Source of the DNA: Verrucomicrobia bacterium UBA3869
Lineage (GTDB): Bacteria; Verrucomicrobiota; Verrucomicrobiia; Opitutales; UBA9783
Assembly (NCBI GenBank): GCA_002392285.1
Contig: DGGR01000022.1
Location: 1 to 32,000 of the forward strand
DNA: 32,000 nucleotides
Direction of reading: 5' to 3'
A program made the position numbers and the translations under genes. This document shows positions 9,030 to 17,338 of this stretch, piece after piece. The notes below the pieces were generated by a model that saw only the letters and a program-made list of their open reading frames with translations, made no database searches and was not told where the DNA came from. The first letter of the stretch is position 1. The number at the start of each line of letters is the position of its first letter.

Positions 9030-10898
9030 TTATTGGATATATATATGTGAAGCAACTTTAGACAGTTCTTGTTTGCAGGCGTTGCGATCGGCTTGTAGTT
9101 TTTTAATGGAATGCTCGTTTAAATTAACAGCATCTGAAAGCATTTTGTCAATTTTGTAAAGCGATTTTTTTAAAAACCGCCGGTGGAGTTGCTGCAGAAC
9201 AAAGTTTAATGTTTCCAGTACGTCCTCGGTATCTAAATAGGGTGCTGCTAGCGCATCGGACCATAGCTCAACTTCTTCAGGGGTTAATTGCCAACGCGAG
9301 CGATCCTGTAAGGAACTAATACCGTTTGCTTGAAATTCACTCAATACTTTTACGAGCAACTGGCCGGTTGGATGAGTGGTATCAAGCCAATCGAGCGGTA
9401 ATTGCTCAAGGAGCTGCGGAGTCCATCGGGGAGCCTGAAAAAGCGCCCGCAAGATTTGCCCTTCTAAGGTGGCTATGTTGGGCTTGGAATCGACGGGGGC
9501 TGTTGGGTCTTTGGCGGTTGGGGTTGCTTGCAGCTGTCGCAATTCAGCTTCTAAAATCCTTTGGGGTATTCCTAGGGTGCCCGATAATTCATTCAATAGG
9601 TCGAAGCGCAAGACAGGGGACGTGCAGCGTGCAATAATTGGCAGTAGGTGTTTGAGTACCTGCTGTTGAACACGATTTGGAGTGTATTCGCGGGCTATTG
9701 ACTGGAAAAATTGAATGGGGGTTAGAGCTTCAGGGACAATTGCTTGGGCTAATGCTGGCTGTTCCAACAAAGCACTATCGGGATCTTCGGTACTGGCTAA
9801 ACGGTAATAATGAATCGGAATTTCGAGCGGAATTCCTAAGGTCATTAAGCGAACACCGGCTTTAATACCGGCCGCATCTCCGTCAAACAGGCCGACAATG
9901 GGCGTATCGTAGCGCTTGAGCAACTTCAGCTGTTCTTCAGTCAGTCCAGTTCCTTGAGGAGCAACAGCTGTTTTGAGTCCGCATTCCCAGCAACGGATGA
10001 CATCCATAGGGCCTTCAACCAAAAAGAAGGGCTGATTGGGTTGATTGGCTTGCCGCGCACGGTTCAAATTAAAGACCGTATGACCTTTAACAAACAAAGG
10101 TGTTTCGGGAGAATTAACATACTTCGATTCTTGCGTTGGGTCATCCGGATTGGAGATGAAGGGCAGATGGCGTCCGGAAAATGCAATGACGCGCCCTTGG
10201 ATATCATGAATGGGTATGATTAAGCGTCCCTGAAAGCGCGAAACCAATGCGTTTTGTGGCTGCTTGGGCTGATAGAACAATCCGCTTTGTACGAGGTCTT
10301 CATAGGTAGCTCCCTCTTTACGGAGCGTGTTAAACAGTTCGGTTGGATGGGTTGAAGCAAATCCTATTTCGAACAGACGCGCGGTTTCTAGCTTAAAATG
10401 CCGTTCATTTTGCCAAAAATCTTGTACTCTGTGCGCAAGGGGATCATTCATCCAAAAACGCTGCTGAAAGAGTTGATGAGCGCGCGCATAAAGCTGCAAC
10501 AAGGTCTTCTTTTTCAAGGCAGCTGAGGCTGAGGTACCTGATTTGATTCGGTTATTGGAAGTATTTTCATATTCCAATGGAATCGAAAACTTTTCACAGA
10601 TCCATTCAATGCTTTCGCTAAACGACAATTGTTCTTTAAGCTCTAAAAAGCGAAACATATCGCCTGCATGACCGCTGCTGTAGCATTTAAAAATGTTTTT
10701 TTGAACATCGACGAAAAACGATGGGGTTTTTTCGTGTGTAAACGGACTAAGCCCTTTTAAATAGCGACCACAAGGCTTTAATTGCGTATAGGGCGCAACC
10801 ACATCAGCGATAGAGACTTGTTGGCGAATTTTTTCAATGCAGCTGGCTGAAATCAAAGGCACGTCTTTTAGTGTGTGTTCGTTTTCATACAAGGTCAA
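9030..10898 (-). CDS. dnaG: DNA primase DnaG (with degenerate zinc-ribbon ligands)
   Basis: 622 aa. Primase N-terminal motif SPFTHEKTPSFFV...KCYSSGHAGD, TOPRIM motifs FFLVEGPMDV and GLFDGDAAG, and the conserved dnaG-rpoD adjacency (12-nt spacer). Confidence 0.9.
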   Translation of the reverse strand: MTLYENEHTLKDVPLISASCIEKIRQQVSIADVVAPYTQLKPCGRYLKGLSPFTHEKTPSFFVDVQKNIFKCYSSGHAGDMFRFLELKEQLSFSESIEWICEKFSIPLEYENTSNNRIKSGTSASAALKKKTLLQLYARAHQLFQQRFWMNDPLAHRVQDFWQNERHFKLETARLFEIGFASTHPTELFNTLRKEGATYEDLVQSGLFYQPKQPQNALVSRFQGRLIIPIHDIQGRVIAFSGRHLPFISNPDDPTQESKYVNSPETPLFVKGHTVFNLNRARQANQPNQPFFLVEGPMDVIRCWECGLKTAVAPQGTGLTEEQLKLLKRYDTPIVGLFDGDAAGIKAGVRLMTLGIPLEIPIHYYRLASTEDPDSALLEQPALAQAIVPEALTPIQFFQSIAREYTPNRVQQQVLKHLLPIIARCTSPVLRFDLLNELSGTLGIPQRILEAELRQLQATPTAKDPTAPVDSKPNIATLEGQILRALFQAPRWTPQLLEQLPLDWLDTTHPTGQLLVKVLSEFQANGISSLQDRSRWQLTPEEVELWSDALAAPYLDTEDVLETLNFVLQQLHRRFLKKSLYKIDKMLSDAVNLNEHSIKKLQADRNACKQELSKVASHIYIQ

Positions 10899-10925
10899 AT
10901 GTTTACCCGCATGAGAGCTTAGGGC

Positions 10926-12038
10926 TTAACGAGGAGCGTATTTGCGATACAGGACGATACCGGCGACCAACAGGGCTATATTGGGGAACCAGGCGGCTGC
11001 AATGGCGGGCAAAAAGCGTTGTCCCCCTAATACGTGACCGATTCCGCCTAGTGCATAGTACAGGAATAGCAACCCTGCTGCCTTGGATACCCCAACCACC
11101 GGATTTGTGCGTACTTGGTTTAACGAAAAGGGAATAGCGATCAGCACGATGATGAGGCAGATAAAGGGGCTAGCTAAAATAGATGCGTATTGAATGCGGT
11201 GTTCAGTAAAATACTGATAGTTGCGGGGAAAGAAATGAGTAATGGCGCGTAATTCGTGAATCCCTAAGGTTTTGAGCGGTTTCGTAATGCAGTGCATCAA
11301 TTGAGGGGTTTCTTCGCAGGTAAAGTGGGTATGTTGGAAGGGTTCGAAGCGGGTAGGGTTGGCTTGGTCATCAAAATACCAGGTGCGGCCATGATATAAA
11401 TGCCAAGTGTGGTCGGCAGGATTAAAGGTAATGCGTTGCGCTTCTAAGCGCTTCTGTTCTTGTCCTTTGGTTAACAGGGTTACGGTAGCAAAGGTTCCTG
11501 TTTGGGTATACAAACTGAAACGGTTGATGCGCCACAGACGTTCGGATGTTGGATTATAAAAGCACAGGTTGTCTTGAACATCGATTTGGTTATCTTCCTG
11601 CGTGTTGCGTTTTTGAGCAGCGTAATCGATTTGCTGATGAATGTTTTGGGTGGTGCGTGAGGTGTAAGGCAACAGGTAGCCGTTGAATAGGAACAGGAGC
11701 AGCATAAGGGCAACGGCAGCACCCCAAAGGCTACGGGTGATTGATAGGACGGTTAATCCGGATGCGCGTAAGGCAATGATTTCCCCATTCAATTGCAGAA
11801 CGTTTAACGTGTACAGGATGGAGATAAAGAAAGCAATCGGCAGTACCGTTCCCAAGCAATTAGGCGTAATTAAGGTATAATAAGTGGCAACGGTTTGGAA
11901 GGATGCGCCGCGTTCGATGAAATTTTTTAGATTACGCGACATGTCTTCCAACAGGAGAATGCCTAAAGTAAGCCAGATGACGATGAAGAATGCCTTAAGC
12001 CATTCCTGTAAAATGTAACGATCGATACGCCTCAGCAT
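10926..12038 (-). CDS. LPS export ABC permease, LptF/LptG (YjgP/YjgQ) family
   Basis: 370 aa. N-terminus MLRRIDRYILQEWLKAFF is typical of the YjgP/YjgQ family. Layout is 3 TM segments, a periplasmic beta-jellyroll-sized loop, then 3 TM segments. I cannot tell F from G. Confidence 0.8.
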   Translation of the reverse strand: MLRRIDRYILQEWLKAFFIVIWLTLGILLLEDMSRNLKNFIERGASFQTVATYYTLITPNCLGTVLPIAFFISILYTLNVLQLNGEIIALRASGLTVLSITRSLWGAAVALMLLLFLFNGYLLPYTSRTTQNIHQQIDYAAQKRNTQEDNQIDVQDNLCFYNPTSERLWRINRFSLYTQTGTFATVTLLTKGQEQKRLEAQRITFNPADHTWHLYHGRTWYFDDQANPTRFEPFQHTHFTCEETPQLMHCITKPLKTLGIHELRAITHFFPRNYQYFTEHRIQYASILASPFICLIIVLIAIPFSLNQVRTNPVVGVSKAAGLLFLYYALGGIGHVLGGQRFLPAIAAAWFPNIALLVAGIVLYRKYAPR

Positions 12039-12041
12039 AGA

Positions 12042-13247
12042 TTAACGATGCTCTAAAATCGCAAGGCATTCAATATGTTTTGTTTGAGGGAACATATCGA
12101 AGGGTTGAATGTGCGTGAGGATATAGGATCCTTGCAGGAGAATTTGCAAATCACGTGCTTGGGTGTCCGGAGCGCATGAAATGTACAAAATCGCTTGAGG
12201 CTCGAAGGCGAGCAATTGGGTTAAAAAGTCCGTACAGCTGCCCTTGCGCGGAGGATCCATGATGAGGCAAGTTTTGTCTGCTTCAAAAGGTACGTTGGCG
12301 AACAAAGCGTTGGCGTTACCTTGGATGAAATCCCCATTGGTAATTGCGTTAAGTTGTAAATTGCGGCGTGCCAAATGAATCGATTTTTCGTCGCTTTCAA
12401 TGCCGATAAATTGCTTTACCTGGCTTGCTAACGTGAGACCAAATACTCCGGTTCCGCAGTATGCATCCAATAAAAACTGAATGTTGGGATGTTGTTGTAG
12501 CCACGTTTTTAAGTGCGTTACTAAGGCGTTAAGAATATAGGGATTGTTTTGGAAAAAGCTGCCAGCGCTGAATTCTAAGGTTAATGATTGAACGCTTGCG
12601 GTACCTACTGCGTTACAATGGGTTAAAATGCCATTCCTGTCTTCTCGTAACAAACAAGTGCCGTTGCGTGCGGAGGAAGCTTGAACCTGGGCGCGTACAT
12701 CCGGTAGGGCTGCATTAATAGCATCGCTTGCAATAGGACAGTGTGGAACATCCACAATCGTACGGTGTTGGTCAACGGCCAAAAATCCAATCGGGCACTG
12801 AGAACCTCGTCGGTCAAAATGCGGTGTAAGTTTAGTGCGGTAACCATAGGTTTTTTCGGATGGAACCACTGGTGGTACTTCGGCTTTAATCTTTCCAATG
12901 CGTTCCAAACAATCACGAATCTGTTGGCGTTTCCACTTTAACTGTTCTTCGTAGGTCAAATGTTGATATTGGCAGCCCCCGCAACGACCAAACAGGGGAC
13001 ATTTAGGAGCAATACGATGCGGAGAGGGGTCGAGAACTTCGATTAAATCCGCTTCGGAATAATTTTTGTGGTTGCGAAAGATGCGTACGCGTACGGTTTC
13101 GCCTGGAACTACAAATGGAACCATAACCGCCCAGTTGTTGAAGCGACCGATTCCTCGCCCCTCATTGGTAAGGTTTTGAATGGTTAGGGTTAGTTCCTCG
13201 TGATACTGAAAAGGAGTCGGTATGAACTTTTTAGGAGCTGCGTCCAT
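12042..13247 (-). CDS. RNA (uracil-5-)-methyltransferase, RumA/TrmA family (TRAM + Fe-S + SAM-MTase)
   Basis: 401 aa. TRAM-like N-terminus, Cys cluster CPLFGRCGGCQYQH plus a later HCP, SAM motif LLDAYCGTGVFG, DPPRKG, and catalytic-Cys region LYISCAPDT. The RNA target is not assignable from sequence. Confidence 0.85.
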   Translation of the reverse strand: MDAAPKKFIPTPFQYHEELTLTIQNLTNEGRGIGRFNNWAVMVPFVVPGETVRVRIFRNHKNYSEADLIEVLDPSPHRIAPKCPLFGRCGGCQYQHLTYEEQLKWKRQQIRDCLERIGKIKAEVPPVVPSEKTYGYRTKLTPHFDRRGSQCPIGFLAVDQHRTIVDVPHCPIASDAINAALPDVRAQVQASSARNGTCLLREDRNGILTHCNAVGTASVQSLTLEFSAGSFFQNNPYILNALVTHLKTWLQQHPNIQFLLDAYCGTGVFGLTLASQVKQFIGIESDEKSIHLARRNLQLNAITNGDFIQGNANALFANVPFEADKTCLIMDPPRKGSCTDFLTQLLAFEPQAILYISCAPDTQARDLQILLQGSYILTHIQPFDMFPQTKHIECLAILEHR

Positions 13248-13272
13248 GGATCGTATGGTTATTCCTATTCAG

Positions 13273-14073
13273 TTAGATAAGGCCACGAATGGAAGCTTTT
13301 TCTAAGAAATCAAAAAAGATGGTTTTTAATTTTGGATAGCTATTGAGCGTTGCCCAATTGTGAAGCTGCGTAATCGATTGCGACCGATTCCAGTTGGATT
13401 CGTATAGTACTTTGAAGATGTGCTTAACTACAGCGCATTCTTCGGGAGAAAACCCATGGCGTGTCATACCAATATAATTGTAGCTTTTAACAAGGGCTGG
13501 GGAGCCAAAAGCAATCATAAAGGGCGGTAGATCCTTTTTGAGAAATGCGTGACCGGCTAACATCGCGTGTGTTCCAATGTGGCAAAATTGATGAATGGAG
13601 GAATTACCGCCGATATTAGCAGCATTATCGATACGAACATGACCTCCAGTAGCCACTTGCGCGCTCATGATAATATCATCCCCCAGCTGGCAATCATGGC
13701 CAATGTGGGAAAAGGCCAGAATGTAATTATGGTTGCCAATAACCGTTGCGTCGCCGTCGGCTGTTGCGGTGTGAATCGAAACATATTCACGAAATACATT
13801 ATGATTGCCGATGGTTAAAAAACAACGACCTCCCTTGTACTTTAAATCATGGGTTTTGGCTCCAATAAAGCTGTATGGATGAATTTCGTTATCCGTGCCT
13901 AGGGTGGTATAACCATCGACAGTTGCATGATGTTCTACCCTGCAACGGTCTCCCAGGCGTACGTTAGCACCAATATAAGCGTAGGCCCCTACAAATACCT
14001 GTGTTCCCAATTGCGCACCGGGTTCAACAATGGCGGTTGGATGAATAAAGGTGGTTGTATTCATGGCTAACAT
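13273..14073 (-). CDS. lpxA: acyl-ACP--UDP-N-acetylglucosamine O-acyltransferase LpxA
   Basis: 266 aa. IHPTAIVEPGAQLG is followed by hexapeptide repeats (left-handed beta-helix) and the helical C-terminal domain typical of LpxA. Its ATG overlaps the upstream stop by 1 nt (TAATG). M4 at 14064 is an alternative start. Confidence 0.9.
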   Translation of the reverse strand: MLAMNTTTFIHPTAIVEPGAQLGTQVFVGAYAYIGANVRLGDRCRVEHHATVDGYTTLGTDNEIHPYSFIGAKTHDLKYKGGRCFLTIGNHNVFREYVSIHTATADGDATVIGNHNYILAFSHIGHDCQLGDDIIMSAQVATGGHVRIDNAANIGGNSSIHQFCHIGTHAMLAGHAFLKKDLPPFMIAFGSPALVKSYNYIGMTRHGFSPEECAVVKHIFKVLYESNWNRSQSITQLHNWATLNSYPKLKTIFFDFLEKASIRGLI

Positions 14074-15386
14074 TACAAATCTCTGAGCATAAACATTAAT
14101 TCAGCCGATGATACTACCTGATCGGCTACTAAGCATTGCGCTTCGGCGTATCCAATACAATTGTTTTTTATTTTAAGCAATTTTGCCTCAATGCGCAATT
14201 GATCCCCTGGTTGAACAATATGACGGAATTTCACCTTGTCGGCGCTCATGAAAAACACCTGTTTGTTTTGGGTGTTGGTATTGAGTTTGATGCCCAACAA
14301 GATACCCGCAGCTTGCGCCATGGCTTCAACCTGCAGCACGCCCGGGAAAACCGGATTTTCTGGAAAATGGCCGGTAAAGCACGGCTCATTGATGGTGATG
14401 TTTTTAAGCGCGACCAAGGTATTATCTTGTATGGCCAATACGCGATCTACCATGGCAAAGGGGTAACGGTGAGGTAATAGTTTTAAAATCCCATGAATAT
14501 CAATGGCAGCAGACGAATTGGACGGCGATAGGGGCAGTGCAGTTTGTTCTTCTTGTGCCAAAATAGCTTTGGTTAAGCGTGCATTGAGCGTATGTCCGGT
14601 CTTAATCGCAATGATATGCCCTTTAATAGGGTGTCCCACTAGGGATAAATCGCCTAAAATATCCAATATTTTGTGGCGTACGAACTCATCCGGATAACGC
14701 ATGGGGCCGTTTGATAAATATTTATCGCCCTTGATAACCACAGCGCAATCTAATGTACCGCCTTTAATCTTTCCCAGCTTCAGCAGTGGTTCGATATCTT
14801 CATAGGTTGTGAAGGTGCGGGCAGCAGCGATTTCACTGGCGTAGGTGTTGGGATCAATCGTGAGCGATAAATGCTGCGTATGGGTTTGACGGCTGTCCGT
14901 TGAGGTGCATGTGATTTTCAACGTGTCGCAGGGTAATACGAGCAATGAACGATCTCCATCTACAATGGAAATAGGTTCCATGATTTCCCAGCAAAACGCT
15001 TCGGCTTTTTGCGTTATCATTTCCGCTTTTGTTAACGCTTCTACCCAAGGCTGTGCAGAACCATCCAAAATAGGCAGTTCGCATCCATTGACCTCAACGG
15101 TTAAGTTGGTAATCCCCAATCCGTAGCAGGCGCTTAATAGGTGTTCAATTGTATTGATTTTTACCCCATCCTTATTAAGGGTGGTGTTGCGTACGCAATC
15201 CGATGGGTTTAAATGCTCGATGGTTGCTGGAATTTGTACGGTATGTCCCTTGTGGGTTACGTGAAATAGAATCCCTTGATTTTCGGGCGCTGGGCATAAA
15301 ATAGCCTTTGTAGCCTCTCCGGTATGGAGTCCATTACCGACTACTTCGATTCTATTTTTAATCGTTTTTTGTACTAACGAACTCAT
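14073..15386 (-). CDS. lpxC/fabZ: bifunctional UDP-3-O-acyl-GlcNAc deacetylase / 3-hydroxyacyl-ACP dehydratase (LpxC-FabZ fusion)
   Basis: 437 aa. The N-terminal ~280 aa is LpxC-like (VGNGLHTGE..., HTLNARL). After a Ser/Ala-rich linker the C-terminal ~145 aa is FabZ (LLPHRYPFAMVDRV, GHFPENPVFPGVLQVEAMAQ). Confidence 0.9.
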   Translation of the reverse strand: MSSLVQKTIKNRIEVVGNGLHTGEATKAILCPAPENQGILFHVTHKGHTVQIPATIEHLNPSDCVRNTTLNKDGVKINTIEHLLSACYGLGITNLTVEVNGCELPILDGSAQPWVEALTKAEMITQKAEAFCWEIMEPISIVDGDRSLLVLPCDTLKITCTSTDSRQTHTQHLSLTIDPNTYASEIAAARTFTTYEDIEPLLKLGKIKGGTLDCAVVIKGDKYLSNGPMRYPDEFVRHKILDILGDLSLVGHPIKGHIIAIKTGHTLNARLTKAILAQEEQTALPLSPSNSSAAIDIHGILKLLPHRYPFAMVDRVLAIQDNTLVALKNITINEPCFTGHFPENPVFPGVLQVEAMAQAAGILLGIKLNTNTQNKQVFFMSADKVKFRHIVQPGDQLRIEAKLLKIKNNCIGYAEAQCLVADQVVSSAELMFMLRDL

Positions 15387-15400
15387 GGGGATAATTTAAA

Positions 15401-15745
15401 TCATCCTGGAGGCCATTGTAAAGAACGACCACCTAACAGATGTACATGTAAGTGAGGAACGGTTTCGCCGCCATCCCGTCCACAATTGATAACCACGCGG
15501 TAACCGTTTGGGTCGATCGCTTTAATTCTTGCCACTTCTCCAGCAACGAGCAGCAGATGCCCCAAAAGCGCTTGATGCTCCTTCTTAGCTTCCCGTAAGC
15601 GCGCTATCAGTTGTTTAGGGACTATGAGGCAATGGGTAGGCGCTTGTGGATCAATATCGTCAAAGGCGATACATTGGTCGTCTTCGTAAACGATCGACGC
15701 AGGAATTTCGTGGTCGATAATTTTCTGAAAAATCGTTTTTTCCAT
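15401..15745 (-). CDS. HIT-family (HinT-like) nucleotide hydrolase
   Basis: 114 aa. N-terminus IFQKIIDHEIPA and histidine triad HLHVHLLGG. Confidence 0.85.
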   Translation of the reverse strand: MEKTIFQKIIDHEIPASIVYEDDQCIAFDDIDPQAPTHCLIVPKQLIARLREAKKEHQALLGHLLLVAGEVARIKAIDPNGYRVVINCGRDGGETVPHLHVHLLGGRSLQWPPG

Positions 15746-15760
15746 AGCATGTTGCGGTTT

Positions 15761-16993
15761 TTAGTTGATGTATTTTTGAAGTGCTTTTTCGCGCTCAATG
15801 AGAGTTGGATGGGTGTAATGGAAGGTGCTGAACCAGGGGTGCGGAAATGGATTGCTCGCATTTTCCCGATAAAGCTTCTTTAACGCATGGATGAGGTTGG
15901 CAGCGCACGATTCGTACTGTTTGGCTGCAAACGCATCCGCTTGGTATTCAAAGTGACGGGAGAAGCAATTGAACAGAGGACTTAGCCAGTAGGTGAACAA
16001 GGAACCTGCCGTTGCCAATAACACCAACACAACCAAGGGGGTAGTACTTTGTACATGCAATTGGGCTGCAATCCAATCGCTATGCAGGAGGCAGTCGCAC
16101 AGCTTTAAGAGGATACCGGTTCCCAAGCCCAAAATAAGCAGCTGTTTGGGTAAATGGTGGCATTTATCGTGTCCCATTTCGTGCGCTACCACGGCAACAA
16201 TTTCATCTTCCGTTGCTTGCTTGAGCAGGGTGTCGTAGAGGACGATGTGCTGAATCCCGCCAATGCCGCTGTAGTAAGCGTTTGAGTGGGTAGAGCGTTT
16301 GCTTGAATCCAGTACTTGAATTTTAGTGGCTTTAAACCCAGCGCTTTCTCCCAATTGGGTTAAGCGCTGCTTTAGCGTTCCATCTTCTAAGGGCGTTAGT
16401 TTGTTGAAGAGTGGTAAAATCAGTTTGGGATAGACCCAAATCAAAACAACCTGAAGTCCTGTGTAGCCGATGGTGCCCCACAACCACCAGGTGTTAGGAT
16501 AGGCTTGAATGAGCCATAGTAAGGCAGTGATTAAGGGGATTTGAAGACAGGCGCTGACAAAAATTCCTTTTAGTTGATCCATGAACCATAGCTTGTGCGA
16601 GGAACGATTGAACCCAAAACGGCTTTCGATTTGAAAGGTATGTAGGTAGTCCAATGGCAGGGTGGGTAGGTTCAACAAGAACATCCAGAGGAACAGTACT
16701 GTGCTTTGCCCCCATAGGGAATTAACGGATGGGAAGCAGTTCAAGAATAAACTCATGAGCTCCAGGCTAAAAATAAGCCCCAGCCAGGACGAACGGTAAA
16801 AGGTTTTTAGGATAGAGAATGAATTGCAGCTCAAGGAATAGTGGATGCTTTTGCGGAATGCCTCCTCATCCAAAAAGTCCTTAAAGGGATTATGATTGCT
16901 GTTTTTACGGATGTTGTGATGATTAAGAATCAACAGAGCAGTCTCGCAGATAAAATAAACCACCAAAAGAATAAACAACTGGGTTTTTAGCAT
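15761..16993 (-). CDS. M48 family zinc metalloprotease (Ste24/HtpX-like, polytopic membrane)
   Basis: 410 aa. Multiple N-terminal TM segments, HExxH (VAHEMGHDKCHH), and a C-terminal HPTLIEREKAL motif typical of Ste24-type M48 peptidases. Confidence 0.85.
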   Translation of the reverse strand: MLKTQLFILLVVYFICETALLILNHHNIRKNSNHNPFKDFLDEEAFRKSIHYSLSCNSFSILKTFYRSSWLGLIFSLELMSLFLNCFPSVNSLWGQSTVLFLWMFLLNLPTLPLDYLHTFQIESRFGFNRSSHKLWFMDQLKGIFVSACLQIPLITALLWLIQAYPNTWWLWGTIGYTGLQVVLIWVYPKLILPLFNKLTPLEDGTLKQRLTQLGESAGFKATKIQVLDSSKRSTHSNAYYSGIGGIQHIVLYDTLLKQATEDEIVAVVAHEMGHDKCHHLPKQLLILGLGTGILLKLCDCLLHSDWIAAQLHVQSTTPLVVLVLLATAGSLFTYWLSPLFNCFSRHFEYQADAFAAKQYESCAANLIHALKKLYRENASNPFPHPWFSTFHYTHPTLIEREKALQKYIN

Positions 16994-17020
16994 AGTTATC
17001 TCTTTATTTTAATAATGCAA

Positions 17021-17050
17021 TTGGCAAATAAACAAATCCTTTTTTAATAT
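17021..17050 (+). promoter_or_regulatory. candidate sigma-70 promoter for xseB (possibly leaderless transcript)
   Basis: TTGGCA (17021-17026), an 18-nt spacer, then TAATAT (17045-17050). The -10 element ends 5 nt before ATG 17056, and no SD is visible. Hexamer match only. Confidence 0.3.
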
Positions 17051-17055
17051 AAATT

Positions 17056-17283
17056 ATGGGTGAAGGGAAAAGTAAGAAAGCGCTTTCGTTTGAAGAAGCC
17101 ATAGGGCATTTAGAGCGTATTGTTCGTGAGTTGGAATCAGGAGATATTCCTCTGGAGCAATTAGTGGCCAGCTACAAAGAAGGATTGTTTTATCAACGAT
17201 ATTGCCAAAAGCAGTTGGAACGATCAGCTTTATTGTTGGAACGGCTGAAGCCGGATGGTACAGCTGACAGCTTGGATTCGTAA
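17056..17283 (+). CDS. xseB: exodeoxyribonuclease VII small subunit
   Basis: 75 aa. LSFEEAIGHLERIVRELESGDIPLEQLVASYKEG matches the XseB helical-hairpin pattern. Confidence 0.8.
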   Translation: MGEGKSKKALSFEEAIGHLERIVRELESGDIPLEQLVASYKEGLFYQRYCQKQLERSALLLERLKPDGTADSLDS

Positions 17284-17338
17284 AATCGTTGACCCTGAGG
17301 GCTGTTTAGGCTTAATTTTTTAAAAAAAATTACAATTG

